A DNA stretch of 63,850 nucleotides, filler included, from Craspedostauros australis (GCA_030167865.1; 8 parts of 8 records of this genome joined end to end with filler, not necessarily neighbours in it), one strand, 5' to 3'. Positions 1 to 12,367 are shown, counted from the first letter of the whole stretch. Notes: generated by a model not told the origin, from the sequence alone. Numbers and translations: made by a program.

Positions 1-28
1 CACCCTCCGCAAGCGACAGCGCATCATC

Positions 29-1648
29 ATGGCAACCAAACGGAGACAAGTGCGCAAACAAGAGATGTTCGGTGTTGCGCTACCAACCTCTGTACGACAT
101 GCGCTTGCCATCGATGCGGAATCGGGCACTGATATGTGGCGCAAAGCAATCGAGAAGGAGATGAAAGCCGTACGCCCTGCCTTCGACATCAAAGAGACCG
201 ACACTCCCAATCCCATTGGACATCCATACATGGAGTGTCACATGATCTTCGCAGTGAAGGTCGACCTCACACGAAAAGCGCGATTGGTGGCTGGTGGCCA
301 CATGACAGAGGCACCAGCGGCCATCACCTATGCGAGTGTGGTGTCACGCGAGAGCGTGCGCATCGCGTTCCTGCTTGCCGCACTCAATGACTGCAACATA
401 CTGGCAGCCGACGTCCAAAACGCATACCTGAACGCGCCTTGCAGAGAACGCATATACACACGGTGCGGACCCGAGTTTGGGTCCGACCAAGGCAAGATCG
501 CCGTCATCTGTCGGGCCTTGTATGGCCTGAAGTCCAGTGGAGCCGCTTGGCGAGCGCACCTGGCTGAGACACTACGCGATTCGATGGGATACACATCCTG
601 CCGCGCTGACAGCGACGTCTGGATGAAGCCAGCTGTGGCGAGCGATGGGTCAGAGTATTATGAATACGTGCTAGTGTATACAGACGACATCCTTGCGGTG
701 TCGAAACAACCCCAGCGCATCCTAGATGCAATCGGCTCACACTTCTTCCTCAAACCGAGTTCCATCGGCCCTCCTACTACTTACCTTGGATCCACTATCG
801 CGCCATACCACATTGACTCTGATGCAACACGTCCCAAATGGAGCATGGGATCACGTGCCTACATACGAGCCGCCATCAAGATCGTGACGAAATGGCTCAC
901 AGATCGACAAGGGCGCCTCAAGACAAAGGCACCCAGTGTGATACCAAACAACTACCGACCTGAATTGGATGCAACACCGTTGTGCGATGCAGAGGAGATG
1001 CAATTCTACCAGCAACTGATCGGCATCCTGCGTTGGACCGTTGAGNNNNNNNNNNNNNNNNNNNNNNNNNNNNNNNNNNNNNNNNNNNNNNNNNNATTCT
1101 ACCAGCAACTGATCGGCATCCTGCGTTGGACCGTTGAGCTGGGTCGAATCGACATCTGCTGTGAAACATCCATGATGTCATCATATTGTGCTGCGCCACG
1201 TACAGGTCACCTGCGAACGCTCTTCCACATGTTTGCCTATTTGAACTCACACGATCGTTCTCGTCTTGTCTTTGATGATGCATACGTTGACAAACCCGCT
1301 GTGATACAACCGGAGTGGGGCGACTTCTACGCCGATGCCCACGAACAGATACCGAACGACATGCCACCACCACGCGGAAAGGAGGTTCAGATGACCTGCT
1401 TTGTTGATGCTGACCATGCTGGCGATCGGGTGACGCGACGATCGCGCACCGGAGTCCTACTGTATCTGAACTCATCGCCCATCCTATGGCACAGCAAGAA
1501 GCAAAACAGCATCGAAACATCCACATTCGGCAGCGAGTTCACCGCGCTCAAGGTGGCGACGGAGATCGTCATCGGCATGCGCTACAAGTTACGTATGATG
1601 GGTGTCCCTATGGACGGCCCCACAGACATGCGCGTCGACAATCAGAGT
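29..1648 (+). mobile_element. Ty1/copia (CoDi-like) LTR retrotransposon pol, 3' part: reverse transcriptase + RNase H
   Basis: ORF has KARLVAGGH, DVQNAYL, LYGLKSSG, YTDD (RT) and FVDADHAGD...SRTG...SKKQ...STFGSEF (RNase H). Interrupted by N gaps; the ORF tail after 1780 is not pol. Confidence 0.95.
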
Positions 1649-1983
1649 NNNNNNNNNNNNNNNNNNNNNNNNNNNNNNNNNNNNNNNNNNNNNNNNNNNN
1701 NNNNNNNNNNNNNNNNNNNNNNNNNNNNNNNNNNNNNNNNNNNNNNNNNNNNNNNNNNNNNNNNNNNNNNNNNNNNNNNNTCCAAGACGGACAGCTCAAG
1801 CACAATGTGTTTTATTCTAACAGACAGACTGCGCGACAGTACCCATGGATGGTCGGCCACGGATCCAATCCGTGGTGGATGGGATGAGCGCCCTGTGGTG
1901 CCCACGCATGGGGCATGCAGCAGGTACATACCATACGAAATGAAAATGTGACGATCCGACAGTCAGCAGAGCCACAGCGAATC

Positions 1984-2200
1984 GAGGGGACCAAACAGGG
2001 ATGCATGTGAAACGGTTAAAACGGGGTTAACATGCGAACACGGGCATCGCCCAACCACGGGAGAACAGTGTACTCTCTGACAATCCTACACGACCCTATA
2101 ATCCTTATAATATGAATCCTTTGGGTTTCCAACCCTCAATGACAATGCATGTGTGTGTTAACTTGAGTCTACGCACGTTGCAAGAGTGAAACGTTCCCAC
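1984..2200 (+). mobile_element. Possible polypurine tract (GAGGGGA) and 3' LTR of the preceding copia element
   Basis: Purine run at 1984-1990 downstream of RNase H, followed by a non-coding, more AT-rich stretch. No second LTR is available to confirm boundaries. Confidence 0.25.
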
Positions 2201-3334
2201 TGATGCCCAATTTGATGAGGTCGCTGACGAGCAGCATGTGCAGTCCCATGCCAATGCCAGCCAATTTCATTAAGCGTATCAGTAGTATCCAAAAGCTTCA
2301 AGAGAACACCATACACACGAGATCGAGGACACTGGTGGTATTTCTCTCTCTCTGTCGGTCTGGTGAGGGGTTGTTCCTACCCCGTGGCTCGTACGTACTC
2401 GAATTGTTCTGTTGCGTACCGTTACTGTGGGACGAATCTCATCAGAAAGATCAAACATGAAACTAGACGCTACACTCATCGTCCCCAACCTGCGATGTGG
2501 CGACGAACTGTGGTCCTCTGGCTGCGCCGCCTCCACTGCCTCCACCAACCCCGACAACTATGGCAACTTTGGCAACAGGGTGCATGGTTCGCCTTCTTCC
2601 CACCGAAGGTCTGCGATGCTCGTCTGCAGAATGCACGTGTGTTTCACATCGCAAAGAGTATTGGCGAGGCCGGCAGGCTACAACAACGAGAGCAGATAAA
2701 ATGGCTAGAACAAACACGAACGTGTCCGCAGTGTTTTTGGCGAAATCTATTGGAGCGTGAGCGAAAATGGACATCGAATCAAACAGGTCGAAGATGTCAC
2801 ACTGAGCGCAGAAAGCGCGAGAGCACAAACAACACAGAGGATGACCGATGAGAACGGGTCAGCCGCTGTCATCAACAAGAACAAGAACAAAGACAAGAGC
2901 AACAGCAGAAAAGCTCATAATCCCAATTAGGTTACACCATCAACATCGTCATCTGTATCACCACATTCCGTTAAAATCAACACCACACCAACAACAATGC
3001 GAACTGCATCGAAACGTGCGTCCGAATAGGCCATACACGCACCATCCACCATGAAACACAACAAGGACGAAGGTGTGCTCGGAGCTATCAGCGAACTGGG
3101 CTGCCCCACAATCCACAGAGATCACAACACACCACTGCTCTTGGGGTTGTCGTTGCTTCCTCTCGCCCACAGCCCCACTCTGTAGAACCCTTGCAATCCA
3201 ACCGGACAGTTGCTAAATCTAAAACACATCTGCAATATCTCGTCACCAACAGACTTGACAGAACCGACAGCAAGGCATATTCTATTACATAATATAATAC
3301 AAGCCGACAGACTCAGAGAGAACACGAGAACACC

Positions 3335-4132
3335 ATGCTCGTGCAGCCAGAAGCAGCAAGCAACATGGAGACGATGATCGTGAAGACGAAGCACCATCTG
3401 AGCATGGTGGGTTCCACGGTTGTTGATATTCCGTCAGACCTGGCGTTCGATGTCCTGGCGGATTTTGGCTGCCATGTGCAGGTCTTCCGCACGTGCAAAC
3501 GGATGGATCTCTTGTCAACTCCTGGCATGGAGAGCGCTCTTGCTCGTCCCATTCGAACAAACTGCCGCGTTGGCGATGCTCATCGTGCGAATCACACTGC
3601 AACCGAATCTTCCAAAGACGCCAACACGGGGACGCGCGCTGATCGCTCGCTGGTGGGGTCCAAGTACCTTTCTGAGTACGTGGCTGGCGGCAACCGAAAC
3701 TATAGAGCCGTCTGCACCATCACAAGTGTGGATGCCGACTCAGACAGCAATCGCTATGAAATATCATGGGCAGCGACTATGGGGTCCTGCACTTTGACTA
3801 CAACACAAATGCTGCATGAGGTGCAGCCAGACCAAAAGCAACAGCAACAGCAACAGCAACAAGGATGTGACGCCAACGAGCCTAGCCTCTGCCATCTCAC
3901 CTTTTCCTTTGCATTGATCCCCAACAATTGGCGAGGGCGACTATTTTTATGGTTCCGCGGCAAGCAATTGCAAAAAGAAGGAGCCCAAATCTTTAAGTTC
4001 GACGTGGAAGATTTATGTGCCGAAGTCAGGAGGAGAATGAAAGCAACGGAGGAATGCCCACTCAACCCAACCATAGGCAAAGACTCAACAGCGAGCACCC
4101 AGCTCACGCAAGTATCGCGAGTGGCGAGTTGA
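3335..4132 (+). CDS. SRPBCC/START-like (polyketide cyclase-type) domain protein, paralog 1
   Basis: 265-aa ORF with N-terminal STVVDIPSDLAFDVLADF (SRPBCC-like start), beta-strand pattern and C-terminal helix. Collinear with paralog 2. Confidence 0.65.
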   Translation: MLVQPEAASNMETMIVKTKHHLSMVGSTVVDIPSDLAFDVLADFGCHVQVFRTCKRMDLLSTPGMESALARPIRTNCRVGDAHRANHTATESSKDANTGTRADRSLVGSKYLSEYVAGGNRNYRAVCTITSVDADSDSNRYEISWAATMGSCTLTTTQMLHEVQPDQKQQQQQQQQGCDANEPSLCHLTFSFALIPNNWRGRLFLWFRGKQLQKEGAQIFKFDVEDLCAEVRRRMKATEECPLNPTIGKDSTASTQLTQVSRVAS

Positions 4133-5247
4133 ATCCAGTGCGGCTTAAATTAGTTGCCACGCCCGAGCAACAGTTCGCTCGGCGATGCGGAAATCCAGGC
4201 GTGGCGAGTTCAGAAGCGGTGGATGTCGATACCTTTGGGTGTCCATTTATCTCGAGCTATTGGTGGGGAGGGTCGTCATCCGTCAGCAGACGAAGCATCA
4301 ACCTTCGGACCAACGGTTTACTCTGACTGTCAACGCCAGCAACGGTGGTTCTGCAGGTCTGGTTGCCATCCCGTGAGGTCTTTCGCAGAACCAGCCAGTG
4401 CACAAAACATCAACAAGAAATACAGATGATGTGCCGAAATCCAAGTCAGCTGCGGACTGGTAAATTGTTCATGTCCATCGACGCGGCCTGTGACACGACG
4501 TATCACCATCCTTAATCTCCTGGTCGCGAGGAGTGATCGGGCGCAGGCTGCGGCATCTTCGTCGGCTCCTACAACTTCTACCATACCAATACACAGTGGG
4601 TGCGATTCGCCACCTTCCCATCGCAGCGATGCCATCAATAACGCAAGATCGCGTGGTTGGCAGCACTGCAGTCCTCGTCGGTATTTGTGAGTACAGTGCC
4701 ATGAGCGCATTCGCAAGGCAGACGAAAACAAGAGCGAAGCAGAGAGTTTGGACACAGAGCAACTTGTCCCCTCTTGTCCGCTTTGCGCGAAGTCACGATA
4801 CACGATCCACAGTCAACACCCAAAGCGAACCGAGGTGTCGAAAACAAACACACGACAGAGCGTCTCTCGAACTCGAAGGTGGCTTGTGCTTCGCATCTCC
4901 CTCATCACCTCTCCGCAAACATGGAAGCATGATACCATACGAATGCGCACAAACACCAACACCAGCACCAACAAAGCCTGCCCTCACATGCAAACGCCGG
5001 TGTTCGGTGAGAGGAGCAGCAAGAACAACATCACATCCATCTTGGTGGCTGCGGCGGCCGTCAGCGTCACAGTTGCGTTGTTCCAAACAACTCCATTCTC
5101 CACCGTTTTGCGATCACCAGCCGCATCACCCACAAAGCGACTCTGCAACGCATCCGGAGGAACTCGAACAGATCTGGTAGAGTGAACAATCGGATCAAGA
5201 GACCGATAGCTGGGAGACTACGAGAACGCACAGCAACATACAGCACC

Positions 5248-6039
5248 ATGACGACAATGACCATGAGGACGAAGAACTACTTAAGCATAGCAGCTTCCAC
5301 AGTTGTGGACATTCCAGCTGAGTCAGCTTTCGATGTGCTGGCGGACTTCAGTTGTCATCCGCAGGTCTTTCGCATGTGCACACGGATGGAGCGCTTGTCA
5401 AGTCCTGACGTAGGGAATTCTTCTGCGAAGGAAGGCGCTCTTACTCGTCCAATTCCAGGAAACACCTTTGCCAGTGATGCTCACAGCGCCATTCGCAATA
5501 AAACCAGAGCCCCCAAAGAGGTCAACATCAGACAACGCACTGATCAGTTGCTGGTAGGCTCCAAGTACCAGGCTGATTTCGTGCTGGCTGATAAACGAAG
5601 CTACAGCTCTGTCTCCACGCTCACGAGAGTGGATGTCGATTCGGAAAGCAATCGCTATGAAATATCCTGGGCAGCGACCCTGGGGTCCTGCACTTTGACT
5701 ACAACACAAATAGTCCATGAGGTGCAGCCAGGCCAAAAGCAACAACAGCAGCAGCAACGACTGCAATCGGAATGCACGACCAATGAGAGCGGCTCCTGTC
5801 ATATCACCTTTTCCTGTGCATTGGCACCCAACAACTGGCGAGGACGAGTGTTTTTCTGGTTCCGTGCCAAGCAATTGCAAATGGATGGAATGCGGAACTT
5901 CCTGTCGGATGTGGAAGATATATGTGCCGAAGTCAGGAAGAGGATGGATGCAAGCAAGGAAGGCCACCTCAACACAACCATCGGCAAAGTTTCAACAGCG
6001 AGCACCCACCTCACGGAAGAGACAGATGCGGGAAGCTGA
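5248..6039 (+). CDS. SRPBCC/START-like domain protein, paralog 2
   Basis: 263 aa from ATG 5248. Shares STVVDIP..AFDVLADF, SNRYEISWAAT.GSCTLTTTQ, polyQ and PNNWRGR.F.WFR.KQLQ with paralog 1. Confidence 0.65.
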   Translation: MTTMTMRTKNYLSIAASTVVDIPAESAFDVLADFSCHPQVFRMCTRMERLSSPDVGNSSAKEGALTRPIPGNTFASDAHSAIRNKTRAPKEVNIRQRTDQLLVGSKYQADFVLADKRSYSSVSTLTRVDVDSESNRYEISWAATLGSCTLTTTQIVHEVQPGQKQQQQQQRLQSECTTNESGSCHITFSCALAPNNWRGRVFFWFRAKQLQMDGMRNFLSDVEDICAEVRKRMDASKEGHLNTTIGKVSTASTHLTEETDAGS

Positions 6040-6588
6040 GTACAGCGTGCACTATACCTAAGTACCATGCCCAAGCAACCATATCAAGGGGCACGCGACA
6101 ATCCCGATTGCATTCGTTCCGTACCGGCGGATGTCCCCGCCCGTGGGTACCCATCCTTTGCCGAACAATATTGAATGACGAACATCGTCACCCCGTCAGC
6201 AGACGATGAATCACTCGGGCGATTTGAATGCAAAAGGACCCATCAGGACAAATCAAGAGGATGGAATCGCTCGGTCCCGGTGGATGTCATGCGTCCACAC
6301 GCTCGTCTCCACAATCGTGACTTGGGCTTCCGCCGTTGAATCCATTTGATGTTCACCACGCACGCTAGTTCTTTGGGAAGCGATGCGCCAGCCGGAATCA
6401 TCCCATCCCGTCATCGGTCCGGTAGTCCGACATCCTCGGACAGCGCAAACAAAGAGGAGGTCGGAAGCTGTAGCTCGTATGAGACAGACGTCACGGACAA
6501 GCGGATAAGCCGACAAGCGAACAACTGGAGATGCTTCAGCATTTGTCGTACTCGCACAGATACTGGCCGCAACGATGCATCATACATA

Positions 6589-7339
6589 ATAATAATAATA
6601 ATACACACAGATTATCCCCTCATACGAGGGTCGCCTCGATAGCTTTAACGTCGCCGGCATACGGCGAACCTGGACGGGCCGACTGCGCTCGAACGACCTA
6701 CCTAGATCTCTCACTCCTGGGTCTACCGCAGGGTTGCCAATTCCACAGGCCATAAAACATACCGCACTGGGCACTCAGCTCTCGCCATCGTGCACTTCAC
6801 TCTCTTTTTCTGTCATCGCGAAAGGCGCCGCTGCCGAACCCGGCGACCTGCCGTATCCTGCCTCGTCGCATATTCCTTCCGCTTTCGCTGTTGCTGAATC
6901 AGGTCGCCCGTACTCCGCTGCAACCCTGCTTGCCGGGCTGCCCGTGCATGACGCACCCACAACATTTGGTCCTCTGCCGATTGTGCTCGAACCGCTGCCT
7001 CCGTCGTGTGGGTCAGCAGCCTGGTGTCGTCACCTTTGATCCCTCGTACTCCATGGCGCCACTCGTCTCTTACTGCATCCGCAGCCTCCTGAGACACTTT
7101 GGCCACCGCCGCCGCCTGCTCACTTTCGTGTAGTACTTGCTGTATGTCATCCACGCCTTCCACCCAACTTCCCATAGCCCTACCATGGCTCTCGCAATCC
7201 AATTGGCCGGCCTTCCCGGCTGGCCGCGGACCTCCATCGTGCATTCCTGAATTCTCTGCCACTTCGTGGACCACCGACCTCGCACCATCATTCCCCACCC
7301 TATCGCCTTCTGCTCCGACATCGCCTGTTGCAACCGCAT
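6589..7339 (-). mobile_element. 5'-truncated, frameshifted non-LTR retrotransposon (LINE) with (TAT)n tail and 15-bp target-site duplication
   Basis: Encodes a LINE ORF2 C-terminal-type motif (EQKAIGW..RGRWSTKWQRIQ...W...LW...W), which shifts frame near 7135 into VLHE...EWRHG...DQMLWVRHARAAR. (AAT)5 lies at 6588-6602 on +. Flanked by GATGCATCATACATA (6574-6588) and GATGTATCATACATA (7340-7354). Confidence 0.8.
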
Positions 7340-7696
7340 GATGTATCATACATACTCTGTGGCGCTCTATCGCTCGATTACTCGTCGGACACTTCCCAGT
7401 CACCTGCAGTCGCGGAATCCAGTGGGTATTGTGGAATAGAATAGAGTACTCTACCCGTCGGAGCATCACAGACAACCGTAGCGTAACTCTGTTATCAGGA
7501 GTATGTATAATAGATCGTAAACCATCATAGAGTACTTGCACCTGCGTTCGCCATGCTACTCTCACTATTCTACATTTCACGCACGTACGGCCGTATCGGT
7601 GGCATCAAACCAAACCGTATGCAACCATGGAGGACTGCAGTCGCAGTCGCAACCAGCGTCAGGGCCATCGTCATCAAATTGTCATCATAATCGTCA

Positions 7697-9614
7697 TCAT
7701 GACAGTGATGACAGCCACTGACATTGAGATCCGTCCATGCTCCTGGACCGACGGTGACGTGTTCCCGCTTCACGGCGCGCACCCGATGCACCTTGATGTG
7801 TGCCCGCACCTGATGGTGCTTCTTGTGTGCTCGTGATTGAGCTTGACCACGGCCATGGACGAAGCTGACTCCCACTCCCACTCACGCTCACACTTGTTGC
7901 GTCAGTTGGCATCGATGGAATTGACGACATCATCGATTGCTGGTAGTTGTTCGTCTTGCTCTCCATCCTCAAGAAGTGTCTCGCTTCTTCTCCTTCGTCC
8001 ATTCCTTGATGGACACGATTTCCATCCTTCGTTGTGCCATTATTCCATCCCATCTTCGAAGGTTTCACTGATGAGGCTGATAGCATTGATGTTGATGTTA
8101 ATGTTGACGGTGACGTTGATGGTATGGAAGACATCGACGACATCGATCCAGGCTGGGACATGGATGATGACGATAGCAAGCCACCGCGCATCAACAGACT
8201 GCGAATCAAGAAGTAATATTTCGCATACTCGCTTGCTGGGACGCGAACGTCGAAATGCAGGCTCTGCAACAACGCCAGTTCCAGCTGATTCACCCTCATC
8301 AGTGTCATGGACCTCAGGAACGTGCTGTCACCAGAATTCCAGGCGGCCTCCAACAACATGTTCTGACGCTCTTGTTGCCGACGCGCGTCGGCATTGCTGA
8401 GATCTGTGCTGGTTCCCACGCTGGTACCAGCTCTTCCATTTCTATTTGTGTTTGTACAGGCGTTAGCATTGGTGGAATCGGCATGACCAACGCCCATACT
8501 ACCGTCGATGCCAGATGCAACAAAGATGTTCGAAAAATCCACGTTCCACATGGACAGATCGTCCCACACCTTGCTCGCCAGCACCATGCACGACACCAGA
8601 ATCGACTTCCAGTTGGAGGGATTGAGTGCGAGCGTCCCGTTCGTCCTCTTCTTCAGCCGCTCCACATAGATCAATGTCATGATGATGGTGTCCTGCTCCA
8701 TCTTCGTTCTGCGGAACAGCTTGGTGTAGAAGTCGATGATGTGGTCGAGTGTTGGGATGTTGCTTCTGCTGTTGCTGCCACTGGCAGTGTTGACGCCAGT
8801 GCCGCTGTTACATGTAGCAATATTCGCATCCACAGCACGGCTGTTGTACTTCCCAGTATGATGGTGAGATTTCGGTTGCTGTTGTTGCTGTTGTCGATAC
8901 TGTTGTTGCTGCTGCTGCTGCTGCTGCTGGCGGTGGTAGTGGCGATGCTGAAGCTGAGATTGAGGCTGTGGATGATCAGAGAAGATGTGGGCAAACGGGT
9001 CGGCCGCAACCAGTGAACGCGCTGATGTACTGGCATGGGCAGGATTCACTGACACAACCGAGTCCGGCGATCGATAGTCCACCACAATCTCGGTCTTGGC
9101 TTCTCCTGCTCCCAACCTCGACGATGTCGCTACCCCTGCCCCTGCCGCTGCCGCTGCCATTTCTGTGGTCGTAGCTGTCCTGGCTGCTGCTTGTCCTCCT
9201 CTTGTTGTTGATCTGCCTGAGGGTTGAGATGAACGAGGATCGCTACCTGCGGATGTAGACACGGATGTAGACGCGTGTGTCAATGAGGGCGCAGACGCAG
9301 ACGCAGACGCAGGAGCGAAAACCTCGTTCGATTCCATGGCTTGGACTGACTGCACGATGTGAGCCCTGTAGACGCCACACACACACTTGATGGTAGCATC
9401 GATGTCTGGATTGACCATGGAAGGCCCAATGTTGATGTTGCCATCTCCTGTGTTGCGTCGGACATGACGCATCCGCCTCTGACCTTCCCACTGCGATGTG
9501 TCCGCGTTTGTGGCGTTCATTCCTTCCATAGATGCCGGCACTGGTACCGGTACTGATACCGATGCGGCTGCTGCGATTTGTGCTTTCGCGGTATCGACAT
9601 CGACATCGGAAGTG
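7697..9614 (-). CDS. Cyclin Y-like (CCNY/P-type) cyclin, 5' incomplete
   Basis: Cyclin box IIMTLIYVERL...NWKSILVSCMVLASKVWDDLSMWNVDF and NQLELALLQSLHFDVRVPASEYAKYYF. Frame stays open to the contig edge at 9614. Confidence 0.9.
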
Positions 9615-9714
9615 NNNNNNNNNNNNNNNNNNNNNNNNNNNNNNNNNNNNNNNNNNNNTTAATTAATTAANNNNNNNNNNNNNNNNNNNNNNNNNNNNNN
9701 NNNNNNNNNNNNNN
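9615..9714. other. Artificial contig spacer 44N-TTAATTAATTAA-44N (also 41225-41324, 44630-44729, 48256-48355, 49821-49920, 57622-57721, 60157-60256)
   Basis: The same 100-nt structure, with a six-frame-stop 12-mer, occurs seven times. Confidence 0.97.
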
Positions 9715-10173
9715 GAGACTGGTCAACGTGGAGTGTTGTTGGCTGTCCTGGCCTGGCACATTCTGTTGTTGCCGCGCGCAGTCATCATCTTGTCTTGCGG
9801 AGGAAGAGTCACACGATGTCTCTTCCTCTGTTGTGACTCGTTTCTCATGACGTGGAATACGTTCCCTGTGACGTAGAAGACGGATCAGCGAGAGCAAACA
9901 CNNNNNNNNNNNNNNTATCCAATCGCCGTTTCTCCCAAAAGCAAGCAAACCAGTGACAACAAGGGGCCAAAACTCCACAACTAGTGTTATCGTGAGTGCA
10001 TCAACTGCGACCTGGAGGTAGTACAAGTACGCTCTGCATCCACTGCTCTATCCTCGATGTACTTGCGGTATTCTTTTCAATGTTATTAGATTAGATCGAA
10101 TATGATATCGATCCTATCTGTGTGCACTATGTGCTACATACAGGTAACACAATCCTCGTTCATTGCGACATTC

Positions 10174-11241
10174 TCAAAAAGCACCATCAATGTCTGGGTT
10201 TCTGCTGTCGCAATACTGCTTCAGCTCGTCGGACAGCTTGCCCTTATCCTGCAAGGACAGCATGGTGGCATCGATGGAATTCTGCGCAATCCGTATGACA
10301 TCCGCACGCGTGATGCGCAGCTTGGGCTCGTTGGCCACGGCGAGGAAGTTGTCCGTGATGTAGCCGCCAAAGTAGGCGGGATCGTCGGAGTTGATCGTGA
10401 CGCAGACGCCCGCATCCAGCATCTGCTTGATGTTGTGCTCCTGCATGCTGGGAAAGACGCACAGCTTGCAGTTGGAGATGGGGCAGACCGTGAGTGGGAC
10501 CTTGTCTTGCACGAGGCGTTGCATGAGTGCCGCATCTTCCGTCGCGCGCACGCCGTGATCGATGCGCCGCACTTGCAGATCGTCCAGACTGCCCGTGATG
10601 TACGATGGCGGTCCTTCTTCGCCGGCGTGCGCGACGCAGTCGTAACCGTATCCTCGCGCCTTGGCAAAGAGCTCCTTGTACTTGGTGGGCGGATTGTCCT
10701 TCTCCGAGCTGTCCAATCCGACGGCCGCGATCTTGTCTTTGTAGGGCACGGACAATTCCAACGTCTCCATCATGCTGGACACGGACAGATGCCGCACGAA
10801 GCACATGATGAGCTTGCTGCTCAGATCCAACTGCGTCTGCGCATCCTGCAAGGCCCGATCGAAGCCTCGCACGACGGTGTCAAAGGCCACGCCGCGCTGC
10901 ATATGGGGCTGCGGGTCGAAGAAGACCTCGGCGTGGCGCACGTGATCTTGCGTGGCGACGCGGTGCAGGTAGGACCACGCCAGATCGTAGAAGTCCTGCT
11001 CATCGACGAGCACGTCCATGCCCTGGTAGTAGAGCTTGAGGAAGTCATCCAACGACGTGAAGTTGTAGGCCTTCTGGATCTCCTCGATGGTGTCGTACGG
11101 CAACGCGATGCTGTTCTTTTTGGCCAATCGCAGCAGCAGGTCCGGTTCCAACGTGCCCTCCAAGTGGAGATGGAGTTCCACCTTGGGCATGCGGCGGATG
11201 AAGTCCTGAAGCGGAGACTCGTGGGATGCGGATGTCGTCAT
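10174..11241 (-). CDS. Adenine deaminase (adenosine deaminase family, Aah1-type)
   Basis: 355 aa, intronless. Metal-binding and catalytic motifs PKVELHLHLEGTLEP, FFDPQ.H..RGV, AHAGEEGP, RIDHGV, TVCPISN, TINSDDPAYFGGY. Confidence 0.93.
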   Translation of the reverse strand: MTTSASHESPLQDFIRRMPKVELHLHLEGTLEPDLLLRLAKKNSIALPYDTIEEIQKAYNFTSLDDFLKLYYQGMDVLVDEQDFYDLAWSYLHRVATQDHVRHAEVFFDPQPHMQRGVAFDTVVRGFDRALQDAQTQLDLSSKLIMCFVRHLSVSSMMETLELSVPYKDKIAAVGLDSSEKDNPPTKYKELFAKARGYGYDCVAHAGEEGPPSYITGSLDDLQVRRIDHGVRATEDAALMQRLVQDKVPLTVCPISNCKLCVFPSMQEHNIKQMLDAGVCVTINSDDPAYFGGYITDNFLAVANEPKLRITRADVIRIAQNSIDATMLSLQDKGKLSDELKQYCDSRNPDIDGAF

Positions 11242-12367
11242 TGTGGTGTTGCTGTTTTTTATGATGGTGCATCATGATGGTACCAATGCTACAGGCCAAA
11301 TGCGTTCTTTGTTCTTCCTTCACGATTCTCGGGGCATACCGCAATCGTCACAGATACCCGCTTACGACTAGTACGATCACTTCGTCATGGTGATCGGTCG
11401 TGTCGAGATCACCTGCTCCTCACTCGTCACTTCACACTTTCTGGTTTCGTAGTCGTCTCACAACATTCAACGTGCATTATACTCATGCTCATAGGTCGAG
11501 GTACTTCCATCGCACAGACTTCGGTGCCTTTGCCACTGATCCCGACATGTATGGTACGACTATAATAGAACGGACAACAGCAATTGATGCTGAGATGATT
11601 ACTCTGCCCAACGATCTACTATATTCCACCTATCTGCATCGTACGAGTACTTGGGTTAGCTCGAATAGCATGAGAGTGTTGGTGCACCACATCAACTGGA
11701 AATGGAGCAAAATGACGGCTGGTTGGACTTTGGGACCGTCGAGCGGGTAAAAGCAGAATCGCGGGTAGTGTCGCCTCAATACATCTGATTCCTCTGTGCC
11801 ACAAACAATCGGCAATGGCCATGACTCCTGCCAGCAACGGGCACCAAACAAGGCAGCTGCAGTCTGCTTCGCTCCGTTCGTGGACTTGGAGAGTTCATGC
11901 TGAGTTGGAGGGTTCGATATTTATGTTACTGTACACACATGCTAATGTTGGTTCGTTGGCTGGCTGCTTTTGTTGCTGCTGTGGCTTGCGATGAGAAGTG
12001 GCATCTCGTCGCGTTGGACAGAGAGACTGGGACTTCAGGGGACCTCGAGATGGGGTCGTTCTGCATGAGCCACGCGAAGTTCTTGAGGGACTTGAATGGT
12101 CGCATCCAGCAAGGCAGAATCTGGGAGATCTTTCCTGCTCCGTGCATGTTGTTGCTGCATTGTTGCTGCCCCGCACTCACACAATAGATCCTTCACTCGG
12201 TGCAGCCGAATGAATGTGATCATGCGCAGAATGGCGGAACAACGCAGCACTCTCGGATGTGAGGAATGGAATGGAATGATGCAATCATCCATTGGTCGTT
12301 GAATCCGAGAACAAGAGAGGAGATCAGGTCTGATTCTGAATCACTTGTCAGATGACGAGTCTCGTCC

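Noticed and set aside
2363..2851. RING-like fragment (IKWLEQTRTCPQC)
   Set aside because: The other Cys/His ligands are missing and no gene structure is evident. At most a relic.
9659..9670. Recurrent TTAATTAATTAA motif
   Set aside because: Always centred in exactly 44+44 Ns. It is an artificial joiner, so neighbourhoods across it are not biological evidence.
10102..11277. Long antisense or overlapping ORFs (e.g. 391 aa opposite the deaminase; others opposite the kinase, AIM24 and gag)
   Set aside because: These are expected shadows of GC3-rich coding sequence and carry no motifs.
11897..12187. Coding-like patch (SGDLEMGSFCMSHAKF)
   Set aside because: Short, with no recognisable family or supportable exon structure.
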